64,000 nt of DNA, taken from positions 3,680,001 to 3,744,000 of the forward strand of contig OZ257142.1 in assembly GCA_965279035.1 (NCBI GenBank). Reading direction: 5' to 3'. The position numbers and the translations under genes were made by a program. This DNA comes from Bacteroidia bacterium (GTDB lineage Bacteria > Bacteroidota > Bacteroidia > M30B66). Shown piece after piece: positions 1 through 9,708 of the stretch. The stretch's first letter is position 1, and each line of letters begins with the position of its first letter. The notes beneath the pieces were generated by a model, which was not told the DNA's origin, ran no database searches, and was given only the letters and a program-made list of their open reading frames with translations.

Positions 1-1313
1 AGATCCACTTTCTTTTGAAACGATTCTTCGATGTAGGTATTGAGGTCGCCCTGAAGATGATGATCGGCCTCGTCGCGCCCGTATTTATGCTCATTCCAGA
101 GATATTCACCATAGGTGGCAAAAGATTCATTAAGCGGCAAGTTTGACCATGATTCGCAGGTAACTAAATCGCCAAACCAGTGATGAAAAAGTTCGTGGGC
201 AATTACATCTTCATAATCATCGTCGATCATTTCGGTTGGTGTTTGTTGTACAAATTCACCGAAAAGCGTGGCGGATGTATTTTCCATCGCACCCGAAACA
301 TAATCACGCACCACAACTTGCGAGTATTTAGGCCAAGGATAATCAACTCCCATGCGGGTTGAGAAGAATTCAAGCATTTCGGGCGTATTACCGAAAATGT
401 TGCGCGCATAGGGTTCGAACTCCTTTTCTACGTAATAATCCACGGCAATTTTTCGCCAGGTATCTTTCACAATTGCGAATTCACCAATAGCCATCATCAC
501 CAAATACGGGGCATTGGGCTGATCCATTTTCCAGGTATCGGTGCGGGTGCCGTCGCTGTTCTTTTTACTGATTGTCTTTAGTCCGTTACTGAGTGTGCTA
601 TATTTTTCGGGAACCGTGATGAGGATTTCATGCGTCATCTTCTCATTGGGTTTGTCGATGGTAGGAAACCAGCATGAGGATGATTCGGTTTCACCTTGAG
701 TCCAAATTTGAGTTGGCTTTGATGGATCTTCATCTTTCGGATCGATGAAATACAAGCCTTTTGCATCCGAAATGGCCGAACTGCCAGGTGTTTTTACGCG
801 TTGTGGATTGGCAGTGTATTGAATAAAAATCGTGTATGGTTCGCTTCTAGTGAATGATTTACCTAAATAAATATGCAATTGCTCATCGTCGTTTTTGTAA
901 GCTAAGTCGGTCATTACTTCGCCCTTTCCAACGAGTGCGATACGTTGAACATCAAACGCTTTTGCATCTAGAATCAATGAATCGGTTGGATAATAATACG
1001 GTTTGATATCGATACGAGCTTTCCCATAAAGCTGCTGACGGGCTAGGTCGAAACTGACCTCTAGCCGGGTATGCAGAATGTCGTTAACACGCTTGGCGGA
1101 AGGATTATAGCGTTTTGCATCATTCGAAAATTGCATGTCGCTAAAGTCGATTTCAGGAAGGTTGACAACTGAATCGACATTCGCAAAAACAGCTGAATCG
1201 AGGAAAGATTGGGAGTCTTTTCCGGATTTATCGCGGTGGTTTTTACAAGAAGGAACGAGAATTAGCGCGCTAAGAACAGCGGTTGCAAAAGAAAGACGGA
1301 GTTGGGTCGTCAT
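1..1313 (-). CDS. M1 family aminopeptidase, probable lipoprotein (3' end runs off window)
   Basis: Not in ORF track. Manual translation from ATG at 1313 gives MTTQLRLSF..LILVPSC (lipobox-like), GAMEN and HELFHHWFGDLVT..LNESFA (M1 HEXXH-x18-E zinc motif). Confidence 0.92.
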   Translation of the reverse strand, partial: MTTQLRLSFATAVLSALILVPSCKNHRDKSGKDSQSFLDSAVFANVDSVVNLPEIDFSDMQFSNDAKRYNPSAKRVNDILHTRLEVSFDLARQQLYGKARIDIKPYYYPTDSLILDAKAFDVQRIALVGKGEVMTDLAYKNDDEQLHIYLGKSFTRSEPYTIFIQYTANPQRVKTPGSSAISDAKGLYFIDPKDEDPSKPTQIWTQGETESSSCWFPTIDKPNEKMTHEILITVPEKYSTLSNGLKTISKKNSDGTRTDTWKMDQPNAPYLVMMAIGEFAIVKDTWRKIAVDYYVEKEFEPYARNIFGNTPEMLEFFSTRMGVDYPWPKYSQVVVRDYVSGAMENTSATLFGEFVQQTPTEMIDDDYEDVIAHELFHHWFGDLVTCESWSNLPLNESFATYGEYLWNEHKYGRDEADHHLQGDLNTYIEESFQKKVD

Positions 1314-1454
1314 TGAGGTATTTAAAAATGGAGGGTAAATATAACGGGATTCCGTTGGATTCAGTATTTAGCACAGGAACTAGCTCAAATACTAATTAAA
1401 GGGATAAAATATGTGAAGTATAAAATGGGAAAATCATAGTAAGATTTTGCATTC

Positions 1455-1953
1455 GTTGACCTCACCCCTAGCCCCTCTCCTCGGGAGAGGGGAAGAGAAT
1501 TTAGTAAAATTTATCATTCTGCATTGAATTGAATCCATTTCTAGTTTGCATATATTCAGACAATCAATTAAAAAACTAGGATAACAACGCATTCAATTGT
1601 TCCCATGTGCCGGCTTGCTGGGTTGACCTCACCCCCTAACCCCTCTCCTCGGGAGAGGGGGAGAGATTATAGTAATATTTATCATTCTGCTTTGAATTGT
1701 ATCCTTTTCTAGTTTGTATTTATACAGACTATTAAACTAAAACTAGGATAACAAAGCATTCAATTGCTCCCAAGTTCCTGCTTGCTGGGTTGACCTCACC
1801 CCTAGCCCCTCTCCTCGGGAGAGGGGGAGAGATTATAGTAATATTTATCATTCTGCTTTGAATTGTATCCTTTTCTAGTTTGTATTTATACAGACTATTA
1901 AACTAAAACTAGGATAACAAAGCATTCAATTGCTCCCAAGTTCCGGCTTGCTG
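1455..1953. repeat. 3 tandem ~167-bp units, each = REP-like hairpin + spacer + copy of the ligase 3' end
   Basis: Units start at 1455, 1622 and 1789 with gttgacctcacccc..cccctctcctcgggagagggg and end in ctaggataac..cttgctg. Confidence 0.93.
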
Positions 1954-3489
1954 AATGGATATAGGTTCGAGTGGCATTTTCATTCGTACGTTGTTTAGCA
2001 CCATGCCCGATTTATGGCGGCGACTGGATTGAATTTCATCGAATTGAAGTTGAAATACGAGTTCGGCATCTACGCTTTTAACCGGACCAAAACGTTCGCG
2101 AGTATGAAGCTTTACCCAAGCATCGAGCTGTTGAATTTGTTCGGGTGAAAGTCCTTCGCTGGAGCGGGTGATGGAAACGATTTCGGGTTGTCCAGATGCA
2201 TTTTCACGCCAAACACCAAAGCCACATTCTGTAATGATTTTTTTATTCTTGTCGGGAATTTTGCTCACATAGAGAAGCACTGCATTGATTTCGAATGGTG
2301 CAGCTTTCAATTTAAGAAGTGGGTGAGCATCCCATGGAGTATGAAGTTTTTGCAAGGAAATTCCGTCTGCTAACTTTTCACGGATTTGAGATTGAAATTC
2401 ACGGATTTCATCCCAGGATTTGAATTCAATTGCTGGAGCAAATTGAAATTCGTAATCATTCGCTTTCTTCAAGCACACTTGCAAGCGTTTCCTTCGTTCG
2501 AGTAAGGATAAATTACGGATGTCTTTTTTGCCCTCAAACAACATATCCTGAATAACCAATTTAACAGGCGATCGCTCCATCAAATCGTGACGCATTTTCT
2601 TGCTTTGAATGCGTTTAATGAGGTTGGAAAAAAATCCTGGAAATTGATCATCGGCAGGTTGAACGATTAAGTCGGCAATCAGTAACGTGCCTTCTTCAAA
2701 ATAGCTGGCAGCGTTGCGTACTTCGGGAAAAACATCGGGTAAAAGCTCTTCGTTGCGCGTCCAAAGTTGTATGCCTTTCTTCAGCACGCGGGCTTGAACA
2801 TGAATTCCCTGAAAGGTAAAAAGTGCTAGCCAATCGCTCGGGTTTCCTAATCGTTCAGGATCAGAGATGATTTCTGAAACCGGACGAAAAGGAACATAGG
2901 AAGGAACAAAATTACTGTCGTTGGATTTTTCAACGATGTTTGTCCATTCGTGGATTTCCCATTTTTGAGAGAAGGCTTGAATGAGTTCCGAAATGGGTTT
3001 GGTGGTGATGGGTTCGATTGCTTTTGCCGCTTCGACTGGACGAATTTTATATCGAAAAGTACCTGTAAGGAGCTTATTGAATACGAGTCGTTGCTCAGCA
3101 TCCATGCGCTTCCAGAGTTCTGCAATGATTATTTTTTGATTTTCTGGAGTTTCGGTTTTAAGATTTTGAACTACCTGCATTACCTGTGGCAGTGAAATAG
3201 GATCGGGAATGGTTGAATCGGAAATGACCATGGCCAATGCAGCAGCAGGATCACCAATCATTTCGATACTTTCTTCTAAAAGCCATTCGGGGATTCCACT
3301 TTCTTCGAGCACCCATTTACGCAATGTTGCAGAATTGATGCAGCGTTCGGTACGATTCTCAAGCAGCAGATGAAAGGCATGAGCTAAACTTTCTTCATCA
3401 ACCGACTTTACATAATCGGATAGAATCCGCTCCTTTTGATTAGCAGCAGCTTGATTAAGGTGGAGACACAGGCGGGAGAAGGAATGCAT
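1909..3489 (-). CDS. ATP-dependent DNA ligase homolog with degenerate catalytic motifs
   Basis: Ligase landmarks IPEWLLEES..GD, FNKLLTG, L.ERR.RL and ERFGPVKSV..ELVF....IQ.S.RHKSG are present. Motif I reads LFTFQGIH instead of E-x-K-x-D-G-x-R. Confidence 0.85.
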   Translation of the reverse strand: MHSFSRLCLHLNQAAANQKERILSDYVKSVDEESLAHAFHLLLENRTERCINSATLRKWVLEESGIPEWLLEESIEMIGDPAAALAMVISDSTIPDPISLPQVMQVVQNLKTETPENQKIIIAELWKRMDAEQRLVFNKLLTGTFRYKIRPVEAAKAIEPITTKPISELIQAFSQKWEIHEWTNIVEKSNDSNFVPSYVPFRPVSEIISDPERLGNPSDWLALFTFQGIHVQARVLKKGIQLWTRNEELLPDVFPEVRNAASYFEEGTLLIADLIVQPADDQFPGFFSNLIKRIQSKKMRHDLMERSPVKLVIQDMLFEGKKDIRNLSLLERRKRLQVCLKKANDYEFQFAPAIEFKSWDEIREFQSQIREKLADGISLQKLHTPWDAHPLLKLKAAPFEINAVLLYVSKIPDKNKKIITECGFGVWRENASGQPEIVSITRSSEGLSPEQIQQLDAWVKLHTRERFGPVKSVDAELVFQLQFDEIQSSRRHKSGMVLNNVRMKMPLEPISIQQAGTWEQLNALLS

Positions 3490-3537
3490 GGATTTAAATT
3501 ATGTTTTCTAAAATTGATTTTAATCTACCCAATATGC

Positions 3538-4250
3538 AATTGACTTTTGATATGATATTTCAAAGTCATTTTATTTATGGTGTATTAGCATCGTTTCTTT
3601 TTATCATTCATGTTTGTCTACGACGCCATACTTTCTTGTCTTGAAACACGCTTCGACAAGCTCAGCGTGCTTTTAAAGAAGGTCAAGTCTGGACGATGCT
3701 GCTTAAGCGCAAGGCCCTTTTTCGACCATTTTGCTAGGACAAGCTCTTTTCTCGTCAATGTCGAAACACACCCTCGCCGCCCAGACATAGCCACCGCACT
3801 GATACGTGAATAAACATACTGCTAATACTATCCTTTTCAAAACCCTTCAATATCCCTCTTGCCATAAAGATATTGCCTTCGCTAATTCCATAAGAGATCT
3901 TTCTATTCTAGCCGTTGTTCAATTGACAAATCAATATAATTTTCAAGTCAAATGATTAATGCTGTGGTAGCATCGTTTCAATTTATCATTCATGTTTGTC
4001 TACGACGTATTAATTCTTGTCTTGAAACAAGAAAGTAATCAAAGAAGTTCAAGTCTGGACGATGCTGCTTACGCGCAAAGCCATTTTTCGACCATTCTGC
4101 TCGGACAAACTTTTTTCTCATCAATGTCGAAACGCACCCTCGCCGCCCAGACATAGCCACCGCACTGATACGTGAATAATATATTGCTACAATTGCTAAA
4201 TTCATCTCGCACTCAAGATTTTGCCTTCGCAAAATTGGAGCTCTCTATTC
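3538..4250. repeat. Two diverged tandem copies of a structured intergenic element (cores 3586-3813 and 3968-4179)
   Basis: Shared blocks tagcatcgtttc..atcattcatgtttgtctacgacg, ttcttgtcttgaaaca, tcaagtctggacgatgctgctta and caccctcgccgcccagacatagccaccgcactgatacgtgaataa. Confidence 0.9.
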
Positions 4251-5541
4251 ACCTCATTAATACGATTCGTTCGCGTTTAACATATCCCGTTGGAAGTATC
4301 AGTTCCACAAGAAGAACACCTGAAGGAATATTTGCTAAGAATGTAGGTTGTTGTGAATTTATTAGCTTCGTTAAAAGCAATTTACCGGTGATGGAAAAGA
4401 CATGGAGTTGCGCCAGTTCGTATGGAAATTCGCATACCAGTGTTCCTGTGTTGGGATTAGGAAACAAGCGAATTCCTACTTTTTCTTTTTCAATTCCCGT
4501 TAAATCAATCACCACGGTATCGCTCATCTCGATGCGACAATTCCGGGTGTGCAGCGAATAGGACGCTCCATCGCTTACGTGGAGATATAGACTATCGCCG
4601 GTTCCGAGTAAAAGGTCATCGTCGGTTTTGAACCAGCTTTTTTCTTCTTGCGAGGTGGTGTCTACTAACCACACAAATCCATTTCCACCATCAACAACTT
4701 CAATGTTCGGCTTTCGAATCGGGATGACATACATGTCGTCGAAATAAATTATAAATCCGCTTCTATAGTATGAGGTAGGAACTTCCGACATGGGCAAAGC
4801 ATAAATCGAATCTTGGTTCATATTCGAGTAAAGTATAAAACCAGAAGCGGTATCCGACAATAAATTCCCCATCACAATATGAGATTCGTTTCCTTGTGCG
4901 AGGTAAGGAGTACGCATATGTGCCCATCCCAATGTATCGTATACAACAGATGAATCTTCTTGAGTGAGTGTTGCGATATGATTAATACCCGAAAGCAACC
5001 AAGTTTTATTCATCACTGGCAATGAATTATGGAAACCTATTGAAATCCGATCTGTTCTTACAGTCCAAAACTTTGTAAGTTCAGGAGGTATATAATTAAG
5101 ATTACGATTATTCATATATCCTCCTACACAATACAAAACCTGTGGTTGCATAGGTTCTATGAGTTCTGCTGCGAAATATTCTCTTGAATGATTCATTTCT
5201 CCAAGAAATAAATCTGGTCGATTAAATAACATTCCATATAAAGCACCCACAAACCCATCACCACTATGCGGATATTGAAAAGTTAACCATGTGTATGGAA
5301 AATTAAAACGATTAGGTGGTCCTAATGAATTACACGCATTGTAAACATCGGGTGTTCCGTAATCTATTCCATCGTAAAATCCCAAATTGGTCCACGCAGA
5401 TAAATTCCAAAGCCAATTGGGTTCGGTATTACACGTGTCTACCAAATCAAAACTCGGATTGGGAATGAGGTTTTGGGCGTTTACTACTGGAGTAAAAGGC
5501 AAGAATACTAGCAGAAATAAAGAATAGCGAATGCTGGACAT
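4249..5541 (-). CDS. Secreted protein with T9SS type-A C-terminal sorting domain
   Basis: Signal peptide ending NA-QNLIPNPSF. C-terminal LFPNPNTG..VFSITGK..SGVLLV..ERIVLMR. ATG at 5541 preferred over the ORF-track start at 5568. Confidence 0.82.
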   Translation of the reverse strand: MSSIRYSLFLLVFLPFTPVVNAQNLIPNPSFDLVDTCNTEPNWLWNLSAWTNLGFYDGIDYGTPDVYNACNSLGPPNRFNFPYTWLTFQYPHSGDGFVGALYGMLFNRPDLFLGEMNHSREYFAAELIEPMQPQVLYCVGGYMNNRNLNYIPPELTKFWTVRTDRISIGFHNSLPVMNKTWLLSGINHIATLTQEDSSVVYDTLGWAHMRTPYLAQGNESHIVMGNLLSDTASGFILYSNMNQDSIYALPMSEVPTSYYRSGFIIYFDDMYVIPIRKPNIEVVDGGNGFVWLVDTTSQEEKSWFKTDDDLLLGTGDSLYLHVSDGASYSLHTRNCRIEMSDTVVIDLTGIEKEKVGIRLFPNPNTGTLVCEFPYELAQLHVFSITGKLLLTKLINSQQPTFLANIPSGVLLVELILPTGYVKRERIVLMR

Positions 5542-5673
5542 AAAGAATCGAATACGTAAATATACCAAAGCTGTCGCGATAGAAGAGAACAGATAATTTA
5601 AGGTGTCGGTTGGTTTCGAGGGTAGATGATAAATGAAGGTGGAAAGTGAAATTACGGTAAAATTGGGGCATTC

Positions 5674-5712
5674 GTTGACCTCACCCCCGGCCCCTCTCCT
5701 CGGGGAGAGGGG
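5674..5712. repeat. REP-like hairpin, same family as 1455/1622/1789
   Basis: gttgacctcacccccggcccctctcctcggggagagggg. Confidence 0.85.
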
Positions 5713-5803
5713 AGGATTAGGCTGCTATATTTTGCAAGGTTAGAGGGTTTAATTTTAGCAATTGAGATACTTTAAACGATAAAAAATTAATTCCCAAAAT
5801 TTT

Positions 5804-5992
5804 GATAACCGAAATCAAAAAATGAAAAACAGTTATCAAGATTCTGATAACCGAAATCGTGATAACCGAAATCAAAAAATGAAAAACAGTTATCAAGATT
5901 CTGATAATCGAAATCGTGATAACCGAAATCAAAAAATGAAAAACAGTTATCAAACTTTTGAGAATCGAAATCTAAAATGAAAAACGGTTATC
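5804..5992. repeat. 57-bp tandem repeat (~3.3 copies)
   Basis: gataaccgaaatcaaaaaatgaaaaacagttatcaagattctgataaccgaaatcgt at 5804, 5861 and 5918, plus a degenerate partial copy. Confidence 0.92.
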
Positions 5993-6000
5993 TAATATTC

Positions 6001-6038
6001 GTTGACCTCACCCCCGGCACCTCTCCGCGGGAGAGGGG
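6001..6038. repeat. REP-like hairpin, same family
   Basis: gttgacctcacccccggcacctctccgcgggagagggg; downstream ~25 bp also resembles the 5674 copy. Confidence 0.85.
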
Positions 6039-6137
6039 AGATTTAGGCTGGTACATTTTGCGCGACTAACTTGTTTCATTTTAGTAATATTTCAATTTCA
6101 TTCAGGAAAATCAAATTACTAGGAAACGTTCAAGCAT

Positions 6138-6164
6138 AAAAAAGAGGACCGAAGCCCTCTTTTC
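6138..6164 (-). terminator. Intrinsic terminator, near-identical to the sdhB terminator
   Basis: aaaaaagagg-accgaagc-cctctttt, ~20 bp after the stop of 6185..7573. Confidence 0.75.
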
Positions 6165-6184
6165 AATTTTATGTTATTCTGTTT

Positions 6185-7573
6185 TTATTCAACGAATATT
6201 TTTTCAATGAAAATCTCATTCCTAGTTTTTATTTGAATAAAATAAGTTCCAGAAGAAACACTGGATAAATCAATTTGCAAATTTGAATTCTTGTTGCCTA
6301 AAATGCTTTTATGGAGAACCTTTTCGCCAAGAATATTAAATAATTTAATTTCTGAATTTTGTACGTCTCCACTAAATTCCAAATTTAGAATGTTAGAAGT
6401 TGGATTGGGATACATTCGATTCATTCTAACATTCGCGGATGCGACATGAGTAACATTGTCTCCAAATTTAGCTACATAGCTGTAACCTGATGTGTTTGTG
6501 AATTCTCCTCCTGCATAAATATTTCCTGCAAGATCGCTTGTAATAGAATTGATATACATATTTGCGTTAAGTGTGTCAGCAGGCAGAGCTAATTCAGACC
6601 ATAGCGTTCCATTCCATTTAGCTACAAACTCTTTCCCATTTGAGTTGGTAAAATGTCCGCCGACATATACATTTCCTGCGTTATCAGAAGTAATGGAACT
6701 AATTACATCATTAAAAACAAATTGTCCTGGAATACCTACTGGTTCCCAGTTAACTCCATTCCATTTAGCTAAATAATTATATCCACCTGAATTTAAATAT
6801 CCTGCAGCATAAACATTCCCTGTATTGTCTACTTGAATACACGTAATAAAATCACCAGGAAGAAATGCATTTGCAACTGTTCCAAGGTGAGACCAGCTAG
6901 AACCATCCCATTTAGCAACATATCTAGCACCGCTACCGGTAGTATCTACCAAGGCAAAAACATTATTAAAATTATCCGTTACTAAATCTAAAATTCCTGC
7001 GACTCCTGCAGAGTTATTCGCGTTTAAATATGTTGAACTTGATCCGAGATCAGACCAATTTGTGCCATTCCATTTTGCAACATATTTTTTACCATTTGAT
7101 GAAGAAGTAAAACTCCCACCAGCATAAATATTTCCAGCTGCATCAGAAGTTAATGCGATAATTGTACTATTCGCAAATCCCGAATTACCTGTTCCTAATT
7201 CAGTCCAATTAGTACCATCCCATTTAGCTACAGAATTTGTTGTTGATCCAACAACTGTAGTATAAACATTCCCTGCTGCATCTATAGCAATTCTAAAATC
7301 AGCACTAATAATTCCACTGTTTAAATTATTCGTCCACAATGAAGTCCATGAGGTTCCATCCCACTTTGCAACAATATGATGTGAACTTGCATCAGTAAAA
7401 TAACCACAAGCATATATATTTCCAACAGCATCGGCCTTTACGCAATATATTGGTCCATTTGCATTTAATGGATTAGCTGATGCTCCTCCTACTTCTGCCC
7501 ATTGTGCTTTACAAATGGATGTAGTAAATAATAAAAGTGTAAAGAGGTTCATAATTTTTTTCATGGTTACCAA
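6185..7573 (-). CDS. T9SS type-A cargo with ~50-aa YVAKWNGxxW beta-propeller-like repeats
   Basis: Six AKW(D/N)GxxW repeats plus a final AKF variant, recurring D..GN.YAGG.F, C-terminal MYPNPTSN..SGTYFIQI..KIFVE. Start may be ATG at 7564. Confidence 0.85.
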   Translation of the reverse strand: MVTMKKIMNLFTLLLFTTSICKAQWAEVGGASANPLNANGPIYCVKADAVGNIYACGYFTDASSHHIVAKWDGTSWTSLWTNNLNSGIISADFRIAIDAAGNVYTTVVGSTTNSVAKWDGTNWTELGTGNSGFANSTIIALTSDAAGNIYAGGSFTSSSNGKKYVAKWNGTNWSDLGSSSTYLNANNSAGVAGILDLVTDNFNNVFALVDTTGSGARYVAKWDGSSWSHLGTVANAFLPGDFITCIQVDNTGNVYAAGYLNSGGYNYLAKWNGVNWEPVGIPGQFVFNDVISSITSDNAGNVYVGGHFTNSNGKEFVAKWNGTLWSELALPADTLNANMYINSITSDLAGNIYAGGEFTNTSGYSYVAKFGDNVTHVASANVRMNRMYPNPTSNILNLEFSGDVQNSEIKLFNILGEKVLHKSILGNKNSNLQIDLSSVSSGTYFIQIKTRNEIFIEKIFVE

Positions 7574-7640
7574 TTTTGGAGCAGGTTAAAAATTTTATCA
7601 AAAAAAATTTGCTGGAAGTTCGTTTATTTTTTAAAGAGAA

Positions 7641-8623
7641 TTAATTTATTGAATTAGTCATTTAAGCAATAATCATTTTATAAGTATATGGTTCTGCTTT
7701 TACCATTCTCATCATTAGATTTTCGAAGATTCCTTCATTCATTTTATGCCTGTTAAATCGATATGTATACTCATCAATATAAGGCTGTAAATGTCTAACA
7801 GAATGATGGACACCTCTAAGCCAAGCTTTAAACATCATTATTGTTCGATGGAGTTCTTTAAAATTCCTTCCTTTCTTCTCAGACTTTTCTTGAATTAGGT
7901 TCGGAAATTCAGACTCCAAGCCTTTATATCCAGCCCATTTATCAGTTCTAACATTCGCATTGGGAGCAATATGATCCCTCATAAATTCACTCAAATTCTT
8001 TTTGTTAGCTGTCGCCACAACTTTCCCATAGAATCTTGATACGCCTCTTGATTTCTTTTCAATGGCTAGAACTACAACTTTTTTCTTTCCTTCATTTCTT
8101 CCAATGGATTTATCATCTTGTCCTCCAACATATGTTTCATCAACATCAACTTTCCCTTTCATTGGATTTTTCTTACTGCTTTTCATTGCATTCATAACCT
8201 TTTGTTTAAACAACCAACAAGTCTTCTGCCCCAAATCAAGCTTTCTACTTAGCTCAGTACTGCTTATTCCTTTCTTGCTAGTTGATACATAGAAAACAAT
8301 ATAAAAAGCCTTCAGAATTGAAAATTTACATTTGTGAAACAGTGTTCCAGATGTTGGCGATTCTAAATGCCTGCAAACAGTGCATTGCCGCTCGTAAAGA
8401 CTAATGCCTTTACAAAAGTTTTTGTTCTTACATCGTCGACAGGAATAACCATTTGACCATTTCAAATTTGCCAAATATGCGTAACAACTTTCTTGATTTG
8501 GAAACTGAGCCTGAAAATCAAATAATGAAAGGCTTTTAAATTGTGCATTCATATTGTATCTTTTGATTGCCCTAAATTATTAAAGAAATCAATATTGACT
8601 AAACTACTAATTCAATTAATTTA
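7641..8623 (-). mobile_element. IS1595-family insertion sequence (ends approximate)
   Basis: Transposase flanked by imperfect 18-bp inverted repeats ttaatttattgaattagt (7641-7658) and actaattcaattaattta (8606-8623), 16/18 match. No clear target duplication. Confidence 0.75.
7662..8552 (-). CDS. IS1595-family (ISXO2-like) DDE transposase
   Basis: N-terminal zinc ribbon CRRC..CTVC, GISSTELSRKL, VDVDETYVGG, VRTDKW.GY, HLQPYIDEYTYRFNR. Confidence 0.93.
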   Translation of the reverse strand: MNAQFKSLSLFDFQAQFPNQESCYAYLANLKWSNGYSCRRCKNKNFCKGISLYERQCTVCRHLESPTSGTLFHKCKFSILKAFYIVFYVSTSKKGISSTELSRKLDLGQKTCWLFKQKVMNAMKSSKKNPMKGKVDVDETYVGGQDDKSIGRNEGKKKVVVLAIEKKSRGVSRFYGKVVATANKKNLSEFMRDHIAPNANVRTDKWAGYKGLESEFPNLIQEKSEKKGRNFKELHRTIMMFKAWLRGVHHSVRHLQPYIDEYTYRFNRHKMNEGIFENLMMRMVKAEPYTYKMIIA

Positions 8624-8889
8624 AATAGAAATTATCAAGAAGAATCAAGATGAGAAACATTTGAAGATGAAAATAAAGGCTGCTATATATTGTGATTTCT
8701 TTGAAAATCTTATTCTTTTTTAAATGCTAGATTCAAATTTAAATAATTAGTTAATCATTGAAAAATCCCCTTTTTTAAATATAAAACTTAAAAATACTAT
8801 CTCAAATACCTACCTAAAAAAGCTTCGTTTTTATTGGTTTTTTTTCAAAATTTGATTCCTTGAAATTAGTACTGTATAATAAACTTCAT

Positions 8890-8916
8890 AAAAAAAGAGG
8901 ACCGAAGCCCTCTTTT
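8890..8916 (-). terminator. Intrinsic terminator of sdhCAB
   Basis: aaaaaaagagg-accgaagc-cctctttt, ~20 bp after the sdhB stop. Confidence 0.8.
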
Positions 8917-8937
8917 CAATCTTATAAAATGATTGGA

Positions 8938-9681
8938 TTAATCAATCGCGTTGGCTACTAAGAAATCGCGGTTCATGCGGGCAATGTTTTCGAGGCTGAT
9001 GCCTTTGGGACATTCTACTTCGCAAGCACCAGTGTTGGTACAGTTACCAAATCCTTCGGCATCCATTACTTCTACCATGCGTTTTACACGGATGTGACGT
9101 TCTGGTTGTCCTTGTGGTAATAAGGCTAGCTGGCTCACTTTTGCAGAAACGAATAGCATGGCAGAAGCATTTTTACAGGTTGCTACACATGCACCGCAGC
9201 CAATACAGGCAGCTGCATCGAATGCTTTATCGGCATCGGGTTTTGGAATAGGAAGACAATTTGCGTCAACGGCATTACCGGTATTTACGGAAACAAATCC
9301 TCCGGCTTGAATGATGCGATCGAAGGCAGAACGATCTACCATCAAATCTTTAATCACAGGAAATGCTTTTGCGCGGAATGGTTCAACTGTAATGGTTTCG
9401 CCATCTTTGAATTTACGCATGTGCAGCTGGCAGGTAGTTGTTCCTTCGGCTGGTCCATGTGCGCGACCGTTTATATGCATGGAGCACATTCCACAAATAC
9501 CTTCGCGGCAATCGTGGTCGAATGCTACAGGTTCATCGCCTTTGCGAACCAGGTCTTCGTTCAATACATCAAACATTTCGAGGAACGACATGTCTTCCGA
9601 CACATGATCCATGGGATATGTTTTGAATTCTCCTTTGGCCTGGTTGTTTTTTTGGCGCCAGACTTTCAGCGTGAGTTTCAT
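8938..9681 (-). CDS. sdhB: Succinate dehydrogenase/fumarate reductase iron-sulfur subunit
   Basis: [21 protein letters not shown] and [13 protein letters not shown] Fe-S motifs; operon context. Confidence 0.97.
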   Translation of the reverse strand: MKLTLKVWRQKNNQAKGEFKTYPMDHVSEDMSFLEMFDVLNEDLVRKGDEPVAFDHDCREGICGMCSMHINGRAHGPAEGTTTCQLHMRKFKDGETITVEPFRAKAFPVIKDLMVDRSAFDRIIQAGGFVSVNTGNAVDANCLPIPKPDADKAFDAAACIGCGACVATCKNASAMLFVSAKVSQLALLPQGQPERHIRVKRMVEVMDAEGFGNCTNTGACEVECPKGISLENIARMNRDFLVANAID

Positions 9682-9708
9682 ATGCTTGTTGTTTTAGGTC
9701 TGTTAGGA

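Noticed and set aside
3610-4232. ORFs 3610..3813 (+) and 3990..4232 (-)
   Set aside because: Lie within the duplicated structured element; the frame is not conserved between copies.
5717-5953. 78-aa hydrophobic repeat ORF
   Set aside because: By-product of the 57-bp tandem repeat; no convincing start context.
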